Shown here piece after piece: positions 7,701-16,076 of a stretch of DNA of 31,123 nucleotides (within the stretch, counting starts at the first letter, position 1; each line of letters opens with the position of its first letter). This DNA is from a virus (lineage: Duplodnaviria; Heunggongvirae; Uroviricota; Caudoviricetes). The notes under the pieces were generated by a model, which made no database searches, was not told where the DNA came from, and worked only from the letters and a program-made list of their open reading frames with translations. The stretch lies in the IMG/VR virus record IMGVR_UViG_2671181040_000014; one strand, written 5' to 3'. A program made the position numbers and the translations under genes.

Positions 7701-7970
7701 ATGAAACTGACCTCTATCCATCTTGAAATACTACGTCGAGTGAATGAATTGCAGCCAAAGGATTCTAGAATTCAGGCTGCATCATTACCTCATCTCTCAG
7801 CAAAAGAGGTTAACTTTGCTATTTCAGATCTTGCTGATATAGGTTTTATCGATGTTATACGAAGCAAATCTGCCGAAGGTGGATTGATTGCTAATGAGAT
7901 AACGTCAAAAGGTTTTGCTTTTTTGAGTGAGATTGGCGCTGAAAAAAATTCATCGATGAGCACTCATTGA
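7701..7970 (+). CDS. small hypothetical protein (89 aa), possible winged-helix DNA-binding fold; first gene of an AT-rich moron
   Basis: Strong RBS (AGGAGAACATTATG). AT-rich codon usage unlike the flanking phage genes. Helix-rich pattern (LEILRRVNEL ... FAISDLADIGFID) only suggests a wHTH fold. Confidence 0.55.
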   Translation: MKLTSIHLEILRRVNELQPKDSRIQAASLPHLSAKEVNFAISDLADIGFIDVIRSKSAEGGLIANEITSKGFAFLSEIGAEKNSSMSTH

Positions 7971-7984
7971 TTTCTGCTTCAATC

Positions 7985-8002
7985 GGCTGCCAATTGGCAG
8001 CC
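7985..8002. promoter_or_regulatory. perfect 18-bp palindrome GGCTGCCAATTGGCAGCC (possible operator or hairpin)
   Basis: Exact dyad symmetry with no T-run after it, lying between the two moron genes. Confidence 0.45.
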
Positions 8003-8167
8003 TAAACTGTAAAGTGAATTTAAAATCGCCTACAATTGATGCTTAAATTTTGTTCTGTATCATCTGCAGGTTTAGGGATATCACAGTAGCTTTCTGACAA
8101 GAAGAGTTCTTTTCTTCTACCAATGAAGTGGTTATGTTAACCTGCGCTAAATCGAGACTGGTGCGGA

Positions 8168-8974
8168 GTGGAATCGAAAGTGTCATATTTTTACAGAAGC
8201 AAGAATATTTCAGGTGTTTCTATAAATGAAGATAGCTTGATTAGCTTAAGCACGGCAATTGTCGAACGCTGCGTTAAAATGAATGAGCAAGCTCAAAAGG
8301 AAAGTAGGGAAGTTTGTGCTCAATGTGTTTTTTTTATTTTGTTCGATGGTAAGGGGTATAAAGTTGATTCTATCGGTGAGCTTGTGAAATACTTTAGACA
8401 GGCCACTAGGATTGATCAAATAATTTTTACTATTGAAACTTATCAAAGTCGACAGTCTAACAGGATGAATGGATCTTGGATGGAGCTACGAATTGATGAG
8501 AGGAATTCAAATAGCAGCACAATGATTGTAGCATCGGAAGATAATGAGTGGGTTGACTCGTTATGGATTACGATTCAGGATTTACTTAACAAGTGCAAAA
8601 ATAAATTTAGATTTTTTAGAACAGCTTGGACTATGTTAAGTATCCAGATTTCAGGTGTGACAGTTGGCTTTTTGCTTAGCTTATGGACAGCCTCAAAACT
8701 GGCGCCAAAACTATCAATCGATGGTGCATTTGCTTTATCATTTATTTGTATCTTTATTTTGTTTTCGAACTTATGGAGCTTTGCTATTCCATTAATAATT
8801 AAGCTTATCGACTTTTTGTTTCCTAGTGTTAAGTTTGTTATTAATGGTAAAAATTACTTTCACTGGAGTGTCCAGGCTATAATTGGAGCGATTGCCAGTG
8901 CGGTTATATTGTATTTTATTAGCTCCATGTTGCTTTTTGCATTAGAAATGTTAAATAGCATCATTAAGAAATAG
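8168..8974 (+). CDS. hypothetical membrane protein: soluble N-terminal domain (~150 aa) plus three C-terminal hydrophobic helices; second gene of the moron
   Basis: 268-aa ORF in AT-rich DNA. Hydrophobic segments around residues 155-175, 187-215 and 235-262. Start codon uncertain (GTG at 8168 has a weak RBS; first in-frame ATG is at 8279). Confidence 0.5.
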   Translation: MESKVSYFYRSKNISGVSINEDSLISLSTAIVERCVKMNEQAQKESREVCAQCVFFILFDGKGYKVDSIGELVKYFRQATRIDQIIFTIETYQSRQSNRMNGSWMELRIDERNSNSSTMIVASEDNEWVDSLWITIQDLLNKCKNKFRFFRTAWTMLSIQISGVTVGFLLSLWTASKLAPKLSIDGAFALSFICIFILFSNLWSFAIPLIIKLIDFLFPSVKFVINGKNYFHWSVQAIIGAIASAVILYFISSMLLFALEMLNSIIKK

Positions 8975-9082
8975 TTAATGAATTAGTTATAATTACATCA
9001 ATTCTATGGCTGCCAAATGGTGGCCTTTTTTATTCCTCTCATTTCTATTTCTGAGAGGACTCACTGCAATAAGAGGTGGCTA

Positions 9083-9469
9083 ATGTCCGATCCGATTTCC
9101 GGCACAGGGTTAGCTGGTGGAGCCCTAACGGGCGCTAGTATTTATGGACTGCTGACCGGAACTGATTACGGCGTTGTATTTGGCGCATTTGCAGGGGCTG
9201 TATTCTACATAGCAACAGCAGCAGATCTGAGTGCATCGCGCCGACTAGCATATTTTATCGTGTCATATATTGCCGGGATCCTTTGCTCTGGGTTGGTTGG
9301 CTCCAAGCTGGCGAACTTGACCGGATACAGTGATAAACCTCTGGATGCTATTGGTGCCGTAATCGTCTCTGCTTTAGCCGTTAAAATCCTGACGTTCCTG
9401 AATAATCAGGATATCGGCTCGCTGGTGGCGCTCATAACGCGCCGGGGAGGTTCAGGTGGAGCTAAATGA
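9083..9469 (+). CDS. putative holin (multi-pass small membrane protein)
   Basis: ATG at 9083 with RBS AAGAGGTGG. 128 aa with four hydrophobic glycine/alanine-rich segments. First gene of the lysis cassette, upstream of the endolysin. Confidence 0.5.
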   Translation: MSDPISGTGLAGGALTGASIYGLLTGTDYGVVFGAFAGAVFYIATAADLSASRRLAYFIVSYIAGILCSGLVGSKLANLTGYSDKPLDAIGAVIVSALAVKILTFLNNQDIGSLVALITRRGGSGGAK

Positions 9470-9737
9470 CCCGACAGCAACTATAAATGCGCTGTTATGT
9501 GCTTGTGTTGTTATTACTCTGATGTTTTATCGTCGTGGCGACTCCAGACATCGACCGTGGATATCTCGCTTAGCGTGGCTGCTTACGGTCATTTATAGCG
9601 CCGTACCGCTGGCGTATCTGTGCGGTATCTACCCTTATTCATCGTGGGCCACTATCGTGGCCAACATTATTTTCCTGTCCGTGCTGGTCGCCGTCAGAGG
9701 CAATGTGGCACGTCTGGTTGACCATCTGAGGCACTAA
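9456..9737 (+). CDS. putative second holin or antiholin-like membrane protein
   Basis: 93-aa ORF from a GTG with GGGGAGG upstream; about three hydrophobic helices. Its stop overlaps the endolysin start (TAATG). Confidence 0.45.
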   Translation: MELNDPTATINALLCACVVITLMFYRRGDSRHRPWISRLAWLLTVIYSAVPLAYLCGIYPYSSWATIVANIIFLSVLVAVRGNVARLVDHLRH

Positions 9738-10351
9738 TGAACCAATCACAATTTCAGCAGGCGGCTGGTATCAGCGCCGATGTTTCTGCACGCTGGTTTC
9801 CGCACATTGATGCGGCAATGAAAGAGTTTGGTATTACAGCAGTTAATGATCAGGCCATGTTCATTGCACAAGTCGGGCATGAGTCTGCAGGATTTACTTC
9901 GCTGGCAGAGAGTTTTAACTACTCGGTTGAAGGGCTGAAGAAAACCTTTGGTAAGCGTCTGACGCCGTACCAGTGCGAAATGCTGGGGCGTGTCGATGGT
10001 AAACAGGTCGCTCACCAGCCGCAAATAGCCAATCTGGTTTACGGTGACCGCATGGGGAATAACAGCCAGGGTGACGGCTGGAAATATCGCGGTCGTGGCC
10101 TGCTTCAAATTACTGGCCGTGAGAACTACACCAAATGTGGTGCGGCGCTGAAACTTGACCTTGTCAATACACCAGAATTGCTAACGCAGGAGCGACATGC
10201 GGCCCGTTCGGCGGCGTGGTACTTCACGTTACGCGGTTGCTTGATGTATTCGGGTGACGTGGAACGTGTAACGCAGATTATTAACGGCGGACAGAATGGC
10301 ATTAAAGACCGCCGTGAACGTTACGCCAAAGCAAAAGCCGCACTGGTATGA
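9737..10351 (+). CDS. endolysin, glycoside hydrolase family 19 (chitinase-like lysozyme)
   Basis: 204 aa; motifs QVGHESAGF and YRGRGLLQITGRENY match GH19 signature regions as I recall them. Sits between the holin-like genes and the spanins. Confidence 0.8.
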   Translation: MNQSQFQQAAGISADVSARWFPHIDAAMKEFGITAVNDQAMFIAQVGHESAGFTSLAESFNYSVEGLKKTFGKRLTPYQCEMLGRVDGKQVAHQPQIANLVYGDRMGNNSQGDGWKYRGRGLLQITGRENYTKCGAALKLDLVNTPELLTQERHAARSAAWYFTLRGCLMYSGDVERVTQIINGGQNGIKDRRERYAKAKAALV

Positions 10352-10358
10352 GGTCACT

Positions 10359-10628
10359 ATGGGACTTGAAATGATTATCGGCCTGGTTGTTGCTGTGCTG
10401 GCTGCAATTGCAGGTGCTTTTGGTCTGGGTAAATCACGCGGTACAAGTATCGCAGAAACAAAAGCGGACCAGCAACGCACTGAAGAACGTGCAGCTGCTA
10501 CTGAAGCCGTTGCAGAACGTAGGGTAGAGACAACAAAAGGAGCCTGGGATGTACAGCAGACTGTTAATCATCTACCTGATGACGATGTTGACCGTGAGTT
10601 GCGCGAAAACTTTACCCGCAAAACCTGA
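10359..10628 (+). CDS. i-spanin (Rz-like): N-terminal transmembrane helix plus charged coiled-coil region
   Basis: ATG at 10359 with GAGGT RBS. MGLEMIIGLVVAVLAAIAGAFGL membrane anchor, then a Glu/Arg/Ala-rich helical region. Directly follows the endolysin. Confidence 0.6.
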   Translation: MGLEMIIGLVVAVLAAIAGAFGLGKSRGTSIAETKADQQRTEERAAATEAVAERRVETTKGAWDVQQTVNHLPDDDVDRELRENFTRKT

Positions 10629-10767
10629 AGTAACGGACACGGCCTGTGACTGGGTAAGAATCATCTACCTCACAGGTCAGGACATTGAAGTGCTGGATAA
10701 GCTTACGAAGCGGGATATTCTGGCACATAACAAAGCAGTACAGCGCAACTGTATTAGCCAGTTATGA
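10549..10767 (+). CDS. o-spanin (Rz1-like) lipoprotein candidate, overlapping the i-spanin gene out of frame
   Basis: 72-aa ORF with RBS AAAAGGAG. Signal-like N-terminus with a lipobox-like LTVSC. Starts inside the Rz-like gene in another frame and runs past its end. Confidence 0.55.
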   Translation: MYSRLLIIYLMTMLTVSCAKTLPAKPEVTDTACDWVRIIYLTGQDIEVLDKLTKRDILAHNKAVQRNCISQL

Positions 10768-10779
10768 GGCAAACGAGAT

Positions 10780-10804
10780 TGCGGGCAATTATCGCCCGCA
10801 ATAA
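10780..10804. terminator. bidirectional hairpin terminator between the lysis cassette and the antisense moron
   Basis: Perfect 9-bp stem ATTGCGGGC / GCCCGCAAT with a 7-nt loop, between the convergent ORFs ending at 10767 (+) and 10810 (-). Confidence 0.55.
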
Positions 10805-10809
10805 AGTTA

Positions 10810-11199
10810 TCAATTATCTCCTTTAAAGGAGTCGTATTCACCCCAATCAGCAAACCCAATCGGTCTTTTAGGGGTCTCTAAGCATAAGCGTTTTTTTCGG
10901 ATTAGCAGGACATTTATTTGAGATACATGCTGAACAAGTTCTACAGGACTGCCATCCTCCAGAGTACCAATGAAAGAAATTAATGATGGATTCCAGTAGC
11001 TTATGTCTGTGAAATGAAATTCAATGTTTTTACCAAAGCTAGCTAGTTGTCCTCCTACCTCATACTCTTCTTCAAGTTCACGGTGAAAATCATTTATCCA
11101 GCATATAAGGCGTCTATGAAATTCATTTGCAAGATTGTAGTCCTTTGGAACATATGGCTGTGAGTATTTGAGGAAATCATTCATGTAGTTATTTGTCAT
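10810..11199 (-). CDS. hypothetical protein encoded antisense to the late operon (moron), function unknown
   Basis: AT-rich minus-strand ORF. Preferred start is the third ATG (11199), which has AAGGA 7 nt upstream; the longest ORF reaches 11226. No signal peptide or recognisable motif. Confidence 0.5.
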   Translation of the reverse strand: MTNNYMNDFLKYSQPYVPKDYNLANEFHRRLICWINDFHRELEEEYEVGGQLASFGKNIEFHFTDISYWNPSLISFIGTLEDGSPVELVQHVSQINVLLIRKKRLCLETPKRPIGFADWGEYDSFKGDN

Positions 11200-11297
11200 C
11201 AGGGCGTCCTTTACGAGCATAACCATTGTTACTTAACGGATTGAAACGCTATTAAATAACATGGTTTCTATCATAATTTCTATCCGGAGTTTTCCAT

Positions 11298-11648
11298 ATG
11301 CCGCCACGAATCCCAAAAGCCTGCCGTGTTCGCGGCTGCCGTTCTACCACTACAGATCCGTCAGGCTACTGCGAAAATCATAAAGGTGAGGGCTGGAAAT
11401 CCTACAAGCCAGGTCAATCACGGCAGCAGCGCGGATATGGAACAAAGTGGGAAGTCATCCGGGAGCGGATACTAAAGCGCGACAAAGGGTTATGTCAGAA
11501 CCATCTTCGGCAGGGAGTTGTGAAGCAAGCGTCCTGCGTGGACCACCTCAAGGCGAAGGCTCACGGCGGCACTGATGAAGACAGCAACCTTGAGAGTCTG
11601 TGCTGGTCGTGTCACGCAGTGAAGACCGCGCGTGAGCGGTTCAGGTGA
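11298..11648 (+). CDS. HNH endonuclease (phage packaging-associated)
   Basis: 116 aa with Cys-rich zinc-finger-like N-terminus and an HNH-type core (CQNHLRQG...CVDHLKAKAHGG...NLESLCWSCH). Directly upstream of the terminase genes. Confidence 0.8.
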   Translation: MPPRIPKACRVRGCRSTTTDPSGYCENHKGEGWKSYKPGQSRQQRGYGTKWEVIRERILKRDKGLCQNHLRQGVVKQASCVDHLKAKAHGGTDEDSNLESLCWSCHAVKTARERFR

Positions 11649-11774
11649 GAATTGATGTCATCATCAGCCAGGGGAGGGGGAGGTCGAATCTTTGCAACCG
11701 CGCGCCTTCCGGACTGCCCGCCCCATCGTTTTTTTATACCCGCGAAAAATGAAATTTAACCAGGAGTGCCGCAT

Positions 11775-12269
11775 ATGGCTGGAACGGCGGGGCGTTCCGG
11801 GCGTCGCCCCAAGCCAACGGCGCGCAAGGCGCTGGCCGGAAACCCCGGCAAGCGAGCCCTGAATAAAGATGAACCTGTTTTTACGCCCATCAAAGGTGTT
11901 GAGCCACCGGAGTGGTTCGCTGAAGAAGATCTCCCTCTCGCCACGATCATGTGGCAACTGACAACTAAAGAACTCTGCGGTCAGGGCCTGCTGTGCGTGA
12001 CTGACCTCGCAGTGCTTGAGCGGTGGTGTGTGGCCTATGAGTTCTGGCGACGTGCCGTGAAAAATATTGCCAGACAGGGCAACACCATCACCGGTGCAAT
12101 GGGCGGTATGGTCAAAAATCCGGAGCTGACCGCCAAAAAAGAACAGGAGTCCGAGATGAGCAGTACGGGGGCAATGCTCGGACTCGACCCCAGCAGCCGC
12201 CAGCGTCTGATTGGCCTGGCGGGGAAGAAGAAAGCCACTAACCCGTTTCTGAAAATCATCGAATCATGA
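11775..12269 (+). CDS. terminase small subunit (P27-family type)
   Basis: ATG at 11775 with CAGGAG RBS. Basic N-terminus ([13 protein letters not shown]). Its stop overlaps the TerL start (ATGA). Confidence 0.75.
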   Translation: MAGTAGRSGRRPKPTARKALAGNPGKRALNKDEPVFTPIKGVEPPEWFAEEDLPLATIMWQLTTKELCGQGLLCVTDLAVLERWCVAYEFWRRAVKNIARQGNTITGAMGGMVKNPELTAKKEQESEMSSTGAMLGLDPSSRQRLIGLAGKKKATNPFLKIIES

Positions 12270-13999
12270 GCCGGAAATCTTACCCCAACGTAAATGCTGC
12301 CAATCAGTATGCCCGTGATGTCGTGCGCGGAAAGATTGTGGCCTGCCAGTTTGTGATTCAGGCCTGCCAGCGGCATCTTGATGACCTGATGGCGGAAAAA
12401 AGTAAGTCGTTTCGTTACCGCTTCGACAAGGACCTGGCTGAACGGGCCGCTAAATTTATTCAGCTGTTGCCGCACACCAAGGGTGAGTGGGCATTTAAGA
12501 GGATGCCCATCACGCTGGAGCTGTGGCAGCTCTTTGTGATCTGCTGCGCGTTTGGCTGGGTCAATAAAGGCTCCCGGCTGCGCCGCTTCCGTGAGGTGTA
12601 TACCGAAATCCCCCGTAAGAACGGCAAATCGGCAATCTCTGCCGGTGTCGCCCTGTATTGTTTTGCCTGTGATAACGAGTTCGGCGCGGAAGTGTATTCC
12701 GGTGCCACGACGGAGAAACAGGCATGGGAAGTCTTTCGTCCGGCAAGACTGATGTGTAAACGCACACCCATGCTGACGGAAGCGTTCGGGATTGAGGTTA
12801 ACGCCTCAAACATGAACCGTCCGGAGGATGGTGCGCGTTTTGAACCGCTGATCGGTAACCCCGGTGATGGTTCATCACCCCACTGTGCGGTGGTGGATGA
12901 ATATCACGAGCACGCCACCGATGCGCTTTACACCACGATGCTTACCGGGATGGGGGCGCGACGTCAGCCACTGATGTGGGCCATTACTACTGCCGGGTAC
13001 AACATTGAGGGGCCGTGCTACGACAAGCGGCGGGAAGTTATCGAGATGCTCAACGGGTCGGTACCCAACGATGAACTGTTCGGGATCATCTATACCGTTG
13101 ACGAAGGCGATGACTGGACCGACCCGCAGGTGCTGGAAAAAGCCAATCCAAATATTGGCGTGTCGGTTTATCGCGAATTTTTGTTAAGTCAGCAGCAGCG
13201 TGCGAAAAATAACGCCCGTCTGGCAAACGTCTTTAAAACAAAACACCTCAATATCTGGGTGTCGGCGCGTTCGGCGTATTTCAATCTGGTGAGCTGGCAG
13301 AGCTGCGAGGATAAATCACTGACCCTTGAGCAGTTCGAGGGGCAGCCGTGCATTCTGGCCTTTGACCTGGCGCGTAAGCTGGATATGAACAGTATGGCGC
13401 GACTTTATACCCGCGAGATTGACGGTAAAACGCATTACTACAGTGTGGCCCCGCGTTTCTGGGTACCGTATGACACGGTGTACAGCGTCGAGAAAAATGA
13501 AGATCGACGGACAGCCGAACGCTTTCAGAAATGGGTGGAAATGGGCGTTCTGACCGTTACCGATGGTGCGGAGGTGGATTATCGCTACATCCTCGAGGAG
13601 GCCAAAGCGGCGAACAAAATCAGCCCGGTCAGTGAGTCACCCATCGACCCCTTCGGGGCGACCGGGTTGTCACATGACCTTGCTGATGAAGACCTGAACC
13701 CCATCACTATCATTCAGAACTACACCAACATGTCCGACCCGATGAAAGAGCTGGAAGCGGCAATTGAATCGGGGCGCTTTCATCATGATGGCAATCCCAT
13801 CATGACCTGGTGTATCGGCAACGTGGTCGGCAAAACCATTCCGGGTAACGATGATGTGGTGAAGCCCGTCAAAGAGCAGGCGGAAAACAAAATCGATGGT
13901 GCAGTTGCGCTGATTATGGCGGTTGGCAGAGCCATGCTGTACGAGAAAGAAGACACGCTGTCTGACCACATTGAGTCCTATGGGATCCGCTCGCTTTAA
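12266..13999 (+). CDS. terminase large subunit
   Basis: 577 aa; Walker A-like [11 protein letters not shown]; acidic nuclease-type C-terminal half. Sits between TerS and the portal. Confidence 0.9.
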
Positions 14000-14010
14000 C
14001 TGAGGTAATT

Positions 14011-14193
14011 ATGATCATGCTGATTCTCGCGCCTCTGGTGGGCGTGCTGGGGGCGCTTTTGCTGGCGTATGGTGCCTGGCTGATTTATCCCCCGGCGGGG
14101 TTTGTTGTTGCCGGGGCGTTGTGCCTGTTCTGGTCGTGGCTGGTGGCGCGATATCTCGACCGTACACAGTCGTCTGTCGGCGGAGGTAAATAG
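14011..14193 (+). CDS. small hydrophobic protein (60 aa, two predicted helices)
   Basis: ATG at 14011 with GAGGT RBS; fills the gap between TerL and the portal exactly. Confidence 0.4.
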
Positions 14194-15434
14194 TGTTCTT
14201 TTCGGGATTATTTCAACGAAAAAGTGACGCACCGGTGACCACGCCAGCAGAGCTGGCGGATGCTATCGGGTTGTCCTACGACACCTATACCGGAAAGCAG
14301 ATCAGCAGCCAGCGGGCCATGCGACTGACGGCGGTTTTTTCCTGTGTCAGGGTGCTGGCGGAGTCGGTCGGGATGTTGCCCTGCAACCTGTATCACCTGA
14401 ACGGCAGCCTGAAGCAGAGAGCCACTGGCGAACGTCTGCATAAGCTGATCTCCACGCATCCCAATGGCTATATGACGCCGCAGGAGTTCTGGGAGCTGGT
14501 GGTCACCTGTCTGTGTCTGCGGGGAAACTTTTACGCCTACAAAGTGAAAGCATTTGGCGAAGTGGCTGAACTGCTGCCCGTCGATCCCGGCTGTGTGGTA
14601 CCGAAGCTTAACAGTAGCTGGGAGCCGGTCTATCAGGTCACATTCCCGGATGGCTCCACGGATGTACTGAGCCAGGAGGATATCTGGCATGTGCGCACGC
14701 TGACGCTGGACGGACTGGTGGGGCTGAATCCCATCGCCTATGCCCGCGAGGCAATATCGCTGGCGGCAGCGACCGAAGAGCACGGGGCCAGACTGTTCAG
14801 CAATGGCGCGGTGACGTCGGGTGTGTTGCGTACAGAGCAGACGCTGTCAGATCAGGCTTATGAGCGCCTGAAGAAAGATTTTGAGGAGCGTCACACCGGG
14901 CTTGGCAATGCTCACCGCCCGATGATCCTTGAGATGGGGCTGGACTGGAAGTCGATGGCGCTGAACGCCGAGGACAGCCAGTTCCTGGAAACCCGCAAGT
15001 TTCAGCTTGAAGAAATCTGTCGTCTGTTCCGGGTGCCGTTGCACATGGTGCAGAACACCGATCGCGCCACCTTCAACAATATCGAAGAGCTGGGGCTGGG
15101 ATTTATCAACTATTCACTGGTGCCGTATCTGACCCGCATCGAACAGCGGATCAACACCGGACTGGTACGAAAAAGTAAGCAGGGCGTTTATTACGCCAAA
15201 TTTAACGCCGGGGCGTTACTGCGCGGGGATATGAAGTCCCGTTTTGAAGCCTACGCCACCGGGATCAACTGGGGAATTTACTCTCCCAATGACTGCCGCG
15301 ACCTGGAAGATATGAATCCGCGTCCCGGTGGTGATGTCTATCTCACACCGATGAACATGACCACGAAGCCCTCCGATGGCAGTAAAGCCGGTAAGCAGAA
15401 GGATAACGCCAATGCAGACGAAACAACGTCTTGA
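14193..15434 (+). CDS. portal protein (HK97-family type)
   Basis: 413-aa ORF with a GTG start after GGAGGT; position after TerL and before the prohead protease; sequence character typical of HK97-type portals. Confidence 0.85.
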   Translation: MFFSGLFQRKSDAPVTTPAELADAIGLSYDTYTGKQISSQRAMRLTAVFSCVRVLAESVGMLPCNLYHLNGSLKQRATGERLHKLISTHPNGYMTPQEFWELVVTCLCLRGNFYAYKVKAFGEVAELLPVDPGCVVPKLNSSWEPVYQVTFPDGSTDVLSQEDIWHVRTLTLDGLVGLNPIAYAREAISLAAATEEHGARLFSNGAVTSGVLRTEQTLSDQAYERLKKDFEERHTGLGNAHRPMILEMGLDWKSMALNAEDSQFLETRKFQLEEICRLFRVPLHMVQNTDRATFNNIEELGLGFINYSLVPYLTRIEQRINTGLVRKSKQGVYYAKFNAGALLRGDMKSRFEAYATGINWGIYSPNDCRDLEDMNPRPGGDVYLTPMNMTTKPSDGSKAGKQKDNANADETTS

Positions 15435-16062
15435 TGTACCGCTGAGTCTGAAATCTGTCAGTGACTCCGGTGAGTTTGAAGGGTATGGCTCCGTCTTTGG
15501 TGTAAAGGACAGCCACGATGATGTGGTGATGTCCGGGGCATTTGCTGCTTCCCTGCGGGCGTGGAGTGACAGAAAAGCGTTACCTGCGCTGCTCTGGCAG
15601 CACCGCATGGATGAACCCATCGGTGTTTACACCGAAATGAAGGAAGACGATGTCGGGCTTTACGTCAGGGGACGGTTGCTTATTGATGATGATCCCCTCG
15701 CAAAACGCGCACATGCACACATGAAGGCCGGTTCGTTAACCGGCCTTTCTATTGGGTACGTCCTGAAAGACTGGGAATATGACCGGAGCAAAGAAGCCTT
15801 TCTGCTGAAAGAAATCGACCTCTGGGAAGTCAGCCTGGTGACGTTCCCGTCTAACGACGAGGCGCGGATCAGCGACGTCAAGAACGCACAGGCCCGCGGG
15901 GAAATCCCCGAACAGAAAAAAATCGAAAGAGTCCTGCGTGATGTCGGACTCTCCCGTACCCAGGCCAAAGCATTCATGGCCGGGGGCTATAGCGCACTGT
16001 CCCTGCGCGACGCTGAGGATGTGGGCTCTGCACTGAATGCACTGAAAAATCTGAACTTCTAA
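15412..16062 (+). CDS. prohead maturation protease (HK97-type)
   Basis: ORF between portal and major capsid. Preferred start is the ATG at 15412 (AAGGA 8 nt upstream); the longest ORF begins at 15376. Confidence 0.8.
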   Translation: MQTKQRLDVPLSLKSVSDSGEFEGYGSVFGVKDSHDDVVMSGAFAASLRAWSDRKALPALLWQHRMDEPIGVYTEMKEDDVGLYVRGRLLIDDDPLAKRAHAHMKAGSLTGLSIGYVLKDWEYDRSKEAFLLKEIDLWEVSLVTFPSNDEARISDVKNAQARGEIPEQKKIERVLRDVGLSRTQAKAFMAGGYSALSLRDAEDVGSALNALKNLNF

Positions 16063-16076
16063 TCAGGAGAAATACG

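Noticed and set aside
9017-9082. Longer version of the holin ORF starting at 9017
   Set aside because: The upstream extension has no RBS, whereas the ATG at 9083 has AAGAGGTGG.
11680-11695. GGTCGAATC, a tRNA T-loop-like motif
   Set aside because: No acceptor stem or anticodon arm could be folded around it; treated as part of the putative cos region, not a tRNA.
14208-14783. 191-aa minus-strand ORF inside the portal gene, and similar antisense ORFs (12035-12475, 16761-17333, 17387-17854, 18101-18598, 18688-19278, 24924-25421, 27151-27609)
   Set aside because: All lie entirely within well-supported plus-strand structural genes in GC-rich DNA where long antisense frames arise by chance. None has an RBS or a coherent motif.
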